From the NCBI GenBank assembly GCA_050261575.1, contig JBLNDL010000077.1, positions 1 to 55,396 of the forward strand: a stretch of DNA of 55,396 bases. Direction: 5' to 3'. The translations under genes were made by a program, and so were the position numbers. Positions 1 to 9,007 of this stretch are shown here, one piece after another. The stretch's first letter is position 1. Each line of letters opens with the position of its first letter. Below the pieces are notes generated by a model. The model saw only the letters and a program-made list of their open reading frames with translations, had not been told where the DNA came from and did no database searches. This DNA comes from Sphingomonadaceae bacterium. GTDB lineage: Bacteria > Chloroflexota > UBA6077.

Positions 1-70
1 GGGCGATCCAGGCGGCCAGGATGGTGCTGGCGGCAACATAGGGCCAGCTGGTGGGGGCGGCCGGCCGCAC
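1..70 (-). CDS. Possible 5' fragment of a membrane protein running off the window edge
   Basis: GTG at 70, just after the thiY-like stop, opens MRPAAPTSWPYVAASTILAAWIA (hydrophobic); too short to identify. Confidence 0.3.
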   Translation of the reverse strand, partial: MRPAAPTSWPYVAASTILAAWIA

Positions 71-83
71 GCCCCCACGAACG

Positions 84-1154
84 TTACCTCGGCAGGAACT
101 CCGTGGTGAAGACTGACTCTGCCTTCACTTCGGCGCTGAGCAGCTTCATCTGCCTCATCCAGTCCGCGTAGCTCTGCCATCGTTCCCGAGTCTGCCACCC
201 AAATGAGGGCACCCCTTCGGTCCACAGCGGCCTCAGAAGCTGGATACCCTTCTCCTCCACCTCGCGGTTGGTCTCCGGGTTGTTCTTCACCAGTTGATCC
301 AGGGCCTTCTGGGGGTCCTTCGCGGCATCCGCGTACCCCTTGGCCGTCGCCCGGAGGAAGGCACGGACGGCATCCGGCTGCTCTCGGGCGGTCTTGTCGT
401 TGGTCACGAACACCAGCTCGTAGTAGTCCGGGACGCCCCATTCCTCGACCCTCATGACGTCCACTGGATACCCCTCCATCTCCGCCAAGATCGTCTCGTG
501 GGTCCAGAAGGTGCCCAGCGATGCGTCCACCTTCTTGCCGATGAGGGGCTGGACCAGCTCGAAGCCCACGTTCACCAGCTCCACCTTGTCGAAGGAACCG
601 CCGTCCTTCTCCATCATGGTCTTCAGGAGCGCCTCCTGGCCGGGGATGCCTGGGTACCCGACCTTCTTGCCCTCCAACTGCTTTGGTCTGGTGAGGTTGG
701 ACGACTTGAGCGTCGTGACTGAGTTGAGGGGATGCTGGACCAACGCCGCCACAGACTTGACGGGGATGCCCTCGGCCGCGGCCAGCAGCACGTCCGATTG
801 GTAGCTGATGCCGAGGGAGTCCTTGCCGGATCCCACCAGCTTCAGGACATCCTCGGGGTTGGAAGGCACGTAGAGCTCCACCTCGAGCCCTTCGTCGCGG
901 TAATAGCCATTCGCCTGGGCCACGTACAGCCCGGCGTGGTTGGAGTTGGGGTACCAGTCCAGGGCCAGGGAGAGCCTAACCGGGGCCTTGGCCGACTGGG
1001 CGGGCGGAGCCGCTGTCTTGGCGTCTGGGGCTTGGGTGGGGGCAGCGGGCTGGGCTGGGGCCGCCGGTGGGCCCTGGCAGGCAGCCGCGACGGCCGCCAT
1101 ACCCAGGAGAGCGGCGATGGTGGCCCGAAGGGAGGGGGCGGTTGCGTGCTTCAT
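84..1154 (-). CDS. ABC transporter substrate-binding lipoprotein, NMT1/THI5 (ThiY-like) family
   Basis: LDWYPNSNHAGLYVA motif, lipoprotein-like signal (AAAC), DYYELV motif; downstream of a TPP riboswitch; GAGGTG RBS before ATG at 1154. Confidence 0.9.
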   Translation of the reverse strand: MKHATAPSLRATIAALLGMAAVAAACQGPPAAPAQPAAPTQAPDAKTAAPPAQSAKAPVRLSLALDWYPNSNHAGLYVAQANGYYRDEGLEVELYVPSNPEDVLKLVGSGKDSLGISYQSDVLLAAAEGIPVKSVAALVQHPLNSVTTLKSSNLTRPKQLEGKKVGYPGIPGQEALLKTMMEKDGGSFDKVELVNVGFELVQPLIGKKVDASLGTFWTHETILAEMEGYPVDVMRVEEWGVPDYYELVFVTNDKTAREQPDAVRAFLRATAKGYADAAKDPQKALDQLVKNNPETNREVEEKGIQLLRPLWTEGVPSFGWQTRERWQSYADWMRQMKLLSAEVKAESVFTTEFLPR

Positions 1155-1205
1155 CTCGACACCTCTTCTATCAGCGATTAGCAATCAGGATTTGGCGCTC
1201 TGGAC

Positions 1206-1994
1206 TCAGTCGTCGGCCCTCGATTCCCGGTACCAGGGCAGGAGCCGTCGCTCCGATAGGGTCAGCAGACCGAAGAGGGCTATGCCCATCACCGACAGGA
1301 CGACTATGGCGGCGAAAACCCGGGCCGTCTGGAACTGAGAGGTCGAGCGCACCATCAAGTAGCCAAGGCCAGCGCTAGCGCCCACCCATTCCCCGATCAC
1401 CGCACCAATGACGCTGACGGCTATGGCTACCTTCGCGCCAGACATCAGGAATGGGAGGGAGGCAGGCAGTTGAGCCTTGGTGAAGAGTTGCCATCGGGTG
1501 GATCCCATGGTGCGCAGCAGGCTGACCAGGTCCGGATCGACCGATCGCAACCCGTCCACGGTATTCACCGTGATGGGGAAGAAGCAGATCAGCGCCACGA
1601 CGATCACCTTCGGCAGCAGGCCGTAGCCGAACCAGATCAGTAGGATCGGGGCGATGGCGATCACCGGGATGGTCTGAGACGCCACCACGAACGGATAGAC
1701 GGCCCGCTCCAGCGTGCGGGAGTAGGCGATGGCCACCGCCAACGCGACGCCCCCCACGAAGGAGAGGAGGAACCCGATCAACACCTCCTGCAGTGTGACC
1801 CAACTGTGGTGCGCCAGCAGGTCCCAGGACGACACCAGGGATTGGGCGATGTCGGCCGGCGAAGGCAACAGCCACTTGGGCACATCCAGCATCGCCGTGG
1901 CCAACTGCCAGGTCAGCAGGAAGAGAGCGATCAGGAGCGATGGATGCAACCACTCGGCGAACCACCTCGTGGCCGCGGTTCCACGGTTCTTCAT
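1206..1994 (-). CDS. ABC transporter permease (ThiX/SsuC-like)
   Basis: Multiple TM segments, LLPSP, GAVIGEWVGASAGLG motif; ATG at 1994 follows the ATPase stop directly. Confidence 0.9.
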   Translation of the reverse strand: MKNRGTAATRWFAEWLHPSLLIALFLLTWQLATAMLDVPKWLLPSPADIAQSLVSSWDLLAHHSWVTLQEVLIGFLLSFVGGVALAVAIAYSRTLERAVYPFVVASQTIPVIAIAPILLIWFGYGLLPKVIVVALICFFPITVNTVDGLRSVDPDLVSLLRTMGSTRWQLFTKAQLPASLPFLMSGAKVAIAVSVIGAVIGEWVGASAGLGYLMVRSTSQFQTARVFAAIVVLSVMGIALFGLLTLSERRLLPWYRESRADD

Positions 1995-1995
1995 C

Positions 1996-2952
1996 TCACA
2001 GCATCCCTTCTGCCCCTCCACCTCGCGGTCCGCGAGGTGGTCGTGGCGATGGGGGCCGGTCAGCGCTGAGTCCGTCGCCGAACGACTGGAAGGCTCCGCT
2101 GCCCGGTAGCTCGCGGCCATCGGTTCCTCCACGGACGGAAGGCCACCGCCGTAGACCCTCTTCCAGGGCCCTTCGCGCCTCCTCCCTGATGGCCTCCATC
2201 AGCCGCCGCTTCAGCGCGAGGAATCGCCCCGACGTGACCACTCCGTACTCCCTGGGGCGTGGTAGGTCGATCTCGAGAACCAGCTTCACGCGGGCGGGCC
2301 TCGCGGTGAGGACGTAGACTCGATCCGAGAGCAAGACCGCCTCGTCGACGTCGTGCGTGATGAACAGGATGGTCTTGCGCAATCTGTCCCAGAGCTGGAG
2401 GAGCCATTCCTGCATGTGGGAGCGGGTCAGGGCATCCAGTGCCCCGAAAGGCTCGTCCAGCAGCATGATCTCCCGATCGGTGAGGACGGTGCGCAGGAAG
2501 GCCGCCCTCTGCCGCATGCCGCCAGAGAGGGTGGCGGGAAAGGCGTTCTCGAATGAACTCAGTCCGAAGAGATCGAAGAGGGCGAGCGCCTTCTCGCGGG
2601 CGACCGCGCGAGGCACCCCCTGGATCTCCAGTCCAAGGATGGTGTTGTCCAGGACGGTTCTCCAGGGCATCAGGAGGTCCTTCTGGGGCATGTAGGCCAC
2701 CAGCCCCATCCGGCGGGGTGCGGGGCGACCGTCGAAGCGAATGGAGCCGGAGTCCGGCTCCTGCAGACCGGCGACGACGTTGAGCAGAGTGCTCTTGCCG
2801 CAGCCGCTGGGTCCGATGAGGGTGACGAACTCGCCGTTCCGGGCTTGGAGGTCGATCGCATCCAGGACGGGGAGGGGGCCCTGGTCTGAGGGGAAGTGGA
2901 TGGTCACCCCCTGCAACTCGATCTTCGGTTGTGCTTCGTGCGGGCTGCGCAC
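1996..2952 (-). CDS. ABC transporter ATP-binding protein (ThiZ/SsuB-like)
   Basis: Walker A GPSGCGKS, LSGGMRQR signature, Walker B LLDEPFGALD, ITHD. Confidence 0.92.
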   Translation of the reverse strand: MRSPHEAQPKIELQGVTIHFPSDQGPLPVLDAIDLQARNGEFVTLIGPSGCGKSTLLNVVAGLQEPDSGSIRFDGRPAPRRMGLVAYMPQKDLLMPWRTVLDNTILGLEIQGVPRAVAREKALALFDLFGLSSFENAFPATLSGGMRQRAAFLRTVLTDREIMLLDEPFGALDALTRSHMQEWLLQLWDRLRKTILFITHDVDEAVLLSDRVYVLTARPARVKLVLEIDLPRPREYGVVTSGRFLALKRRLMEAIREEARRALEEGLRRWPSVRGGTDGRELPGSGAFQSFGDGLSADRPPSPRPPRGPRGGGAEGML

Positions 2953-3093
2953 CCCGACCCCCTTTCTGGCGGCTGTCTGGGCCTTCGCCGGACGGGGGCC
3001 GGAAACCTAGCCGGGGCGCGCGGCTAGCGTCTCGGTGGATCGACATAACAGAGAGGCGCTGGACCACGCGCCAGCGCCTCTCGCGGAAAGTCG

Positions 3094-3193
3094 TCGTCCG
3101 TTTCCTACGCTGGCATTACCCAGGTCAGGTTCGACGGTCGGCGGCGGAATTCGGCCGCCATCTCAGCCCGGCTCTCCCCGAGCCCCCGTTCCG
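3094..3193 (-). promoter_or_regulatory. TPP (thi-box) riboswitch
   Basis: Minus strand reads GGGGCTC...GGGCTGAGA...GACCGTCGAACCTGACCTGGGTAATGCCAGCGTAGGAA, the TPP aptamer consensus, upstream of the thiamine-precursor ABC operon; P1 pairing looks weak. Confidence 0.93.
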
Positions 3194-3501
3194 TATTGTT
3201 CCAAAGCAGGTATCCCTAGGTAGAGCCCACGTTTCCCGGGAGAGATTCTGGCATGAGCCAGAGATATCTGCTTTGGTGTTCCGAACGATGCCAGCGTACC
3301 AGTAGGGGAGAGTGATGTCAAGCTGTCCTTGGGCGGAGTGTCAGGCAACTTTCTTGCTCTGATTGGTGTGATCACTCTCGCTGAGGGCGTCGCTTCCGGA
3401 GTGCACCGGGGTGCCTCGGCCGGAGGCATCTGGGCAGAGGGCGGTTGGCGCGGGTTGTCGGCCGGGGCGTGGGGGCCGTGGGCGGGGAAACGAGGTGCGA
3501 A

Positions 3502-3876
3502 TTGAAGAGAATCATGGTCATCGAGGACGATCCGGCCATTCTGGAGTTGCTGGGCACGGTGCTATCCGAGGCGGGGTATCAACCTGTGCTGCTGGCCAGC
3601 AGCGAGCGGGTCCCTGAAGAGGTGGCCCGGGAGAATCCGGACCTGATCCTGCTGGATATCCTCCTGCAGCCGAAACACGGGATGGAGGTGCTGGCCTCGA
3701 TCTCGGCGATGGATCCCCGACCGCCCGTGATCATGATGTCGGCTGCCATACGGGGGGTCCGCGAGATGGGACGTATCGCCAGGGGCCTGGGCGCAGCCGA
3801 CTTCATCGAGAAGCCTTTCGAGATAGGCGATCTCCTGAGGAGGATCGAGACGGTGCTGGAGAAGGCAGCCGCCTAG
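3502..3876 (+). CDS. Single-domain response regulator (receiver only)
   Basis: IMVIEDD, LILLD (phospho-Asp), FIEKPF; GAGGTG RBS before TTG at 3502. Confidence 0.88.
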   Translation: MKRIMVIEDDPAILELLGTVLSEAGYQPVLLASSERVPEEVARENPDLILLDILLQPKHGMEVLASISAMDPRPPVIMMSAAIRGVREMGRIARGLGAADFIEKPFEIGDLLRRIETVLEKAAA

Positions 3877-3978
3877 AAGGCTTGCTTCTCGTTCCGCAAC
3901 CCTTTCCCCAGACCGACTCGACCCGCTACAATGTCGCGAGTTGCTCGGGAGGTGGGAAACGAGGGGATGAGGTCGTCT

Positions 3979-5181
3979 GTGGCGCTGTGTGGAAAGCTAC
4001 TGGTCGGGCAGTCTGGTGGGTGCACCGCGGTCATCAACAGCAGCCTGGTGGGCGTGATCGAAGAGGCCAGACGGCATCCCGAGATCCGAGGGGTGCTCGG
4101 CATGCTTCACGGCGTGGAGGGTCTGCTGCGGGGAGAGCTGGTGGACCTGGCCGCGGAGAGCAACGAGACCCTCCAGCGTGTGAGACGCACCCCTTCGGCC
4201 GCCCTCGGCTCCTGCAGGTACAAGCTGCAAGAGGGCGACCTGGAGCGGATCATCCGCATCCTCCGGGAGAGGGACGTCCGCTACTTCCTGTACATCGGCG
4301 GGAACGATTCTGCCGATACCTCCCATAAGATCGCGACGGCCGCCGCCGAGCTGGGATACGATCTCCGCGTCATGGCTGTGCCGAAGACCATCGACAACGA
4401 CCTTCCCATCACCGATCACTGCCCCGGCTATGGCTCGATCGCTCGCTTCGTGGCACAGAGCACCCGAGATGCCGGCCTCGATACAGAGGCCATGAAGCGG
4501 TACGACCCGGTCAAGCTGATCGAGGTGATGGGGCGGGATGCCGGTTGGGTCGCGGCCGCCAGTGCGCTCGGAAGGCGCGATCTGAAGGACGCACCCCACC
4601 TGATCTACACCCCCGAGGTGCCTTTCGACGAGAGGCGCTTCCTCGAGGACGTGAAGGCAGTCCACAGGGAGGTGGGGTTCGTGGTGGCGGTGCTGACCGA
4701 GACGATTCGCGACGACCGCGGGAAGGTGGTCGGCAGCGAGAAGCCCTACTTCGTGGACCCCTTCGGGCACGGCTACTACGAGAGTCCAGCCGCCTATCTC
4801 TGTCGGGTGGTGGCGAGGGATCTGGGGCTGCGAGCGAGATTCGACAAGCCCGGCACCATCCAGCGGATGTCCATGGCCCTGGCCTCCGACACCGACCTGG
4901 AGGAGGCACACCTGGTCGGGCGGAGGGCGGTGGAGTACGCCCTGGCGGGGCGGAGCGACCAGATGGTGATCCTCGTGCGGGAATCCAGTGCCCCCTACGT
5001 CTGCGGTACCGACTCTGCCCCGCTGGAGCAGGTGGCCAACGTGGCCAGGCCGCTCCCCGGGCAGTACCTCAACAGTGCGGGCAACTTCGTGACGCCGGCA
5101 TTCATGGAGTATGCCGAACCTCTGATCGGGGGACCTCTCCTGGAATACGGTCGGCTGGAGAGGCGGGCCCTCCTCTCGTAG
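3979..5181 (+). CDS. pfp: Phosphofructokinase, probably PPi-dependent
   Basis: GQSGG, IGGNDS (Asp at the donor-specificity position), PKTIDND, EVMGRDAGW; start uncertain (3931/3967/3979). Confidence 0.88.
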   Translation: MALCGKLLVGQSGGCTAVINSSLVGVIEEARRHPEIRGVLGMLHGVEGLLRGELVDLAAESNETLQRVRRTPSAALGSCRYKLQEGDLERIIRILRERDVRYFLYIGGNDSADTSHKIATAAAELGYDLRVMAVPKTIDNDLPITDHCPGYGSIARFVAQSTRDAGLDTEAMKRYDPVKLIEVMGRDAGWVAAASALGRRDLKDAPHLIYTPEVPFDERRFLEDVKAVHREVGFVVAVLTETIRDDRGKVVGSEKPYFVDPFGHGYYESPAAYLCRVVARDLGLRARFDKPGTIQRMSMALASDTDLEEAHLVGRRAVEYALAGRSDQMVILVRESSAPYVCGTDSAPLEQVANVARPLPGQYLNSAGNFVTPAFMEYAEPLIGGPLLEYGRLERRALLS

Positions 5182-5287
5182 GAGGGGCGGCTGCTATCGT
5201 GCAGGCGCGCGGCGGATTCCCGCTCTCGTGAGCCGTTCCGGCGATGCGCCCTCTCGTGGCACGCCTGGTGCTGAGCGGTCGCGCAAG

Positions 5288-6247
5288 ATGGAGATTCGGC
5301 TGTTTTCTGGCTCGGCGAATCCAGGACTGGCAACGACGGTGGCCCACGAGCTTGGGATACCCCTGGGCAAGATGCTGCTGCGGCGGTTTCCCGACGGGGA
5401 GGTTGAGTTCCGGCTGGAGGAGACCGTTCGCGGCCGGGACGTGTACCTGCTGCAGCCCACGGGCCCGCCCGTCAACGAGCATCTGATGGAGTTGCTCGTG
5501 ATGATCGACGCCTGCCGGCGGGCCTCCGCCGGGCGCGTGACCGCGATGATCTCCTACTACGGCTACTCCAGGCAGGAGAAGAAATCCAGGGGGAGGGAGC
5601 CAATCACCGCCCGCCTGGTGGCTGACCTCCTGACGGTGGCGGGTACCGATCGGGTCGTATCGATCGATCTCCACTCCCCGGCGATACAGGGTTTCTTCGA
5701 CATCGGTATGGATCACCTCACGGCCGTGCCTCTGTTGATCGAGCACCTGCGGCGGCACCGGGAGCCGGACATGGTGGTGGTCTCCCCGGACACCGGGAGG
5801 GTGAAGCTGGCGGAGAGTTACGCCCGAGCGCTGGGCCTTCCCATGGTGGTTCTCCACAAGCAGCGGCTTGGGGGGGCCGAGACCGAGATCCATGCCGTGG
5901 TCGGCGACGTTCAGGGTCGCCGTCCCATCATCATCGACGACATGATCACCACCGGGAGCACCATTCAGAGCGCGGTTCGGGCCCTGCTGGCGGCCGGGGC
6001 CACTCCGGAGGTCTCGGTCTCCGTGACCCACGGGCTGCTGGTGGGCGAGGCGGTCGAGCGGCTGGCCGAGCCCTCCATCGCGGAGGTGACCCTTACCGAC
6101 ACGGTGCCGATTCCGCGCGAGAAGCGCCTTCCCAAGATGCACGTGGTCTCGGTAGCGGGACTCCTGGCGGAGGCGGTGCGCCGCCTGAACGAGGATCGCT
6201 CCATCAGCGAGATCTTCCCCCCTCGCTACGACCACCATCCGGTGTGA
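5288..6247 (+). CDS. prs: Ribose-phosphate pyrophosphokinase (PRPP synthetase)
   Basis: LFSGSANP, FPDGE, YSRQEKK, DLHS..IQGFFD, IIDDMITTGST. Confidence 0.95.
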   Translation: MEIRLFSGSANPGLATTVAHELGIPLGKMLLRRFPDGEVEFRLEETVRGRDVYLLQPTGPPVNEHLMELLVMIDACRRASAGRVTAMISYYGYSRQEKKSRGREPITARLVADLLTVAGTDRVVSIDLHSPAIQGFFDIGMDHLTAVPLLIEHLRRHREPDMVVVSPDTGRVKLAESYARALGLPMVVLHKQRLGGAETEIHAVVGDVQGRRPIIIDDMITTGSTIQSAVRALLAAGATPEVSVSVTHGLLVGEAVERLAEPSIAEVTLTDTVPIPREKRLPKMHVVSVAGLLAEAVRRLNEDRSISEIFPPRYDHHPV

Positions 6248-6251
6248 GGAG

Positions 6252-7103
6252 ATGCCAGAGCTTCCCGAGGTGGAGACCATCAGGAACGACCTTCGCGAGA
6301 TGGTCGTCGGCCGCCGCATCGAGAGGGCAAGGGTGCTGGATCCTCGCCTCGTGAGACACCCCTCCGGCGATCGGTTCGAGGCGGAGCTTGCGGGGCAGCG
6401 TGTGGAGGCGGTCGATCGGAGGGCGAAGTACCTTCTGTTTCGACTCTCTTCCCGGAAGACCATGGTGGTGCAACTGATAATCACCGGGCAGCTTCTGTTG
6501 GTGGATCCAGAGGCGCCGATACGGAAATCGGTGCGACTCATTCTGGATCTGGACGACGGCCGCCAGCTACGGCTGGTGGACAGTAGCTACCTGGCGCGGG
6601 TGCACCTGCTGGACGCGGACGAGCTGCAGAGTTGGCCGCCGCTGAAGAAGCTGGGTCCCGAGGCGATCTCCGACGAGTTCACGCTGGAGTACTTTCGGCG
6701 GCTGCTTCGGAGCACACGTCGACAGATCAAGGCGGTGCTTCTGGATCAGAGCGGTGTCTCCGGGCTGGGCAACATCTACACCGACGAGTCGCTCTTCGCT
6801 GCCCGCATCCACCCTCTTCGCCCGGCCAACAGTCTCTCGCCTGAGGAGGTAGAGCGTCTCTATCTGGCCATCCGCACCATCCTGCGCGAGGCCATCGCCC
6901 TCAGGGGGACCACCACCAGATCCTACCGGGATCTGTTGGGGCGGAAGGGGGGCTATCAGGAGAGGCTGAAGGTGGTGGCCAGGGCGGGGAAGCCCTGCAT
7001 CGGCTGCAGCGGCACGGTGGAAAGGATCTGGGTCGCGGGTCGCGAAACCTACCTCTGCCCCTCGTGTCAACTGTTGGAGGTCCCAAAGGAGAGGGCAGCC
7101 TGA
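6252..7103 (+). CDS. mutM: Fpg/Nei-family DNA glycosylase/AP lyase (MutM-like, divergent)
   Basis: N-terminal MPELPEVE, RRAKYL, H2TH GLGNIYTDE, C-terminal CxxC...R...CxxC zinc finger. Confidence 0.88.
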   Translation: MPELPEVETIRNDLREMVVGRRIERARVLDPRLVRHPSGDRFEAELAGQRVEAVDRRAKYLLFRLSSRKTMVVQLIITGQLLLVDPEAPIRKSVRLILDLDDGRQLRLVDSSYLARVHLLDADELQSWPPLKKLGPEAISDEFTLEYFRRLLRSTRRQIKAVLLDQSGVSGLGNIYTDESLFAARIHPLRPANSLSPEEVERLYLAIRTILREAIALRGTTTRSYRDLLGRKGGYQERLKVVARAGKPCIGCSGTVERIWVAGRETYLCPSCQLLEVPKERAA

Positions 7104-7116
7104 GACTCCCCTGCCC

Positions 7117-7170
7117 CGGGCCCTGAGTCCCGAGCCCTGTGGATCGACACTCAGGTCCGGGACTCGAGAT
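7117..7170. terminator. Imperfect hairpin of degenerate heptamers between convergent mutM-like and speE-like genes
   Basis: TGAGTCCC (7124-7131) pairs with GGGACTCG (7159-7166). Confidence 0.4.
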
Positions 7171-8712
7171 TCATCGGGCTTGGCGCCAGCCCTGGCGGTA
7201 GTAGCCGGGCAAGGTGGGCTGGATTAGGGTGTTGGGTTCGACGGTCAGCTTGGCCATATCGGCTGGGAAGATGAAGAGAGACCGCAGAGTCGGCGTGTCC
7301 AGGAAGCGGGTGGGAACCGAGACCGCGAGATCCTCGGGGTCCAGTGGTGCGCCGGAGGCCACGAGGAAGCCCCACTCGCCGAAGGCCGGCACGTAGGCAT
7401 GGTAAGGCGCAACGTGGTCCCAAACCCTGCGCATGGACTCCTCTATCGACCAGTAAGCCTCGGGCGCGAAGTAGGGTGAGGTGGCTTGCGTCGCGAAGAC
7501 GCCGCCGACGGCCAGCCTGCGAGCGGCCAGCCGATAGAACTCTACCGTGTACAGCTTCTGGAGACTCTCGTTCCTGGGGTCCGGCAAGTCGGCCAGGATG
7601 ACCCCGTAGAAGCCGGTGTCCTCCTCCAGGAACTTGAACGCGTCAGCGTTCACGACGCGGACTCGCGGATCGGACAGCGCTCCCTGGTTCAGTCGAGTCA
7701 GCTCCGGCTGTGTCCTGAACAGGTCGACGATCTGTTCGTCGAGGTCCACCAGGGTAACCCTCTTCACCTCTGGGTACTTCAGAATCTCGCGCACTGCCAA
7801 GCCATCGCCCCCGCCGAGCACCAGCACCTGGGTGCGGTCCCGGGCGGCGGACATAGCCGGATGAACCAGCGGCTCGTGGTATCGGTGCTCGTCCAGAGAG
7901 CTGAACTGGAGGTTTCCATCCAGGAAGAGCCGTAGATCGTCCCTCCACAGGGTGATGGTGATGTGCTGGTAGGGGGTCTGAGCCGAGTACACGATGGGAT
8001 CGCGGTAGAGCTGCTGTTCGAGCTGTCCCCAGAGGGACTCGCTCTGGACCAGTCCGGCGCCCAGCAGCACAGTGACCGAAGCGGTGAGCAAGGCAACAGA
8101 CTTGCGGCCCGGCATCTGCTTCCAGGAGCTTGCCAGCACCAACGCCGCGACGCCCACGTTGAGAAGGCCAACCGCGAGGGCCGTACGGATCAGTCCCAGG
8201 TAGGGGAGCAGCAGCAAGGGAAAGGCCAGCGAGCCGAGGAGGCCGCCGAGGTAGTCGAAGGAGAGCACGTTCGCGATGTTGACCCGCAGGACGTACCTCT
8301 CGGCGAGGATCCTTGTCAGGATTGGGATTTCCAGCCCGCCCAGGATGCCGATGGCGGCGATGACGCCGTACATGACGGGCTGGTAGACCGACCGAGCGCT
8401 GCCGTAGGTGAAATAGAGCAGCAGGGTGGAGCCGCCCCCTATCGCCCCGATCAGCAGCTCGATGGTGACGAAGGTGCGCAGCAGGTCGCGCTGGACCCTC
8501 TTGGACAGGTAGGAGCCCAAGCCCATGGACGTCAGGAACAGGCCGATGGTGACGGAGAACTGGTATATGGAGTCGCCCAGCAGGTAGGAACTGATGCTGG
8601 CGATCATCAGCTCGTACACGATGGCGCAGGCGGCTATGACGAATACGGAAAACAGCAGAGGCAGGGGGCGGCTGCCCCCTGCGCTCCGAGACTCGGCGGA
8701 TGTGTCCTGCAT
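7171..8712 (-). CDS. speE: Polyamine aminopropyltransferase with N-terminal multi-TM domain (membrane SpeE)
   Basis: About 7 TM helices (IVYEL, GLEIP, DYLG) followed by QTPYQ, LDGNLQ, VLGGGDG, DLPDP, YVPAFGEWGF spermidine-synthase motifs. Confidence 0.92.
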   Translation of the reverse strand: MQDTSAESRSAGGSRPLPLLFSVFVIAACAIVYELMIASISSYLLGDSIYQFSVTIGLFLTSMGLGSYLSKRVQRDLLRTFVTIELLIGAIGGGSTLLLYFTYGSARSVYQPVMYGVIAAIGILGGLEIPILTRILAERYVLRVNIANVLSFDYLGGLLGSLAFPLLLLPYLGLIRTALAVGLLNVGVAALVLASSWKQMPGRKSVALLTASVTVLLGAGLVQSESLWGQLEQQLYRDPIVYSAQTPYQHITITLWRDDLRLFLDGNLQFSSLDEHRYHEPLVHPAMSAARDRTQVLVLGGGDGLAVREILKYPEVKRVTLVDLDEQIVDLFRTQPELTRLNQGALSDPRVRVVNADAFKFLEEDTGFYGVILADLPDPRNESLQKLYTVEFYRLAARRLAVGGVFATQATSPYFAPEAYWSIEESMRRVWDHVAPYHAYVPAFGEWGFLVASGAPLDPEDLAVSVPTRFLDTPTLRSLFIFPADMAKLTVEPNTLIQPTLPGYYRQGWRQAR

Positions 8713-8790
8713 GGTTGCCTTTGGTGTCAGTGGTCAGCCATCGTTCGCACCCGAGTTGAAGGCCGATAGGGGATGTCCGATGGCTCGTGA

Positions 8791-9003
8791 TTACCGAATC
8801 GCGGCGAAGACGATGATGGCCATGCCGACTATCAGGGCGCCGAGCACCACTCCGGCGGCCACGTTGCCCTTCTTGACCTCCTCACGGTACGGGACGGGAT
8901 CGATCCAGTCGAAGACCCGGACAGCAAAGATGAGGAGTAGGACACCGACGATGGCCCAGACTATCGAGGAGAGAATAGACGAGATTACTGCCGTAACTTC
9001 CAT
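8791..9003 (-). CDS. DUF350-family small membrane protein
   Basis: 70 aa, two TM helices around FDWIDP...EEVKKGNVAAGV; upstream of membrane speE as in known clusters. Confidence 0.8.
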   Translation of the reverse strand: MEVTAVISSILSSIVWAIVGVLLLIFAVRVFDWIDPVPYREEVKKGNVAAGVVLGALIVGMAIIVFAAIR

Positions 9004-9007
9004 GGTC

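Noticed and set aside
1995..2160. Dual-frame overlap between the ATPase C-terminal tail and a longer permease start at 2132
   Set aside because: ATG at 1994 directly follows the ATPase stop and gives a normal-length permease; the extra open frame is expected at this GC content
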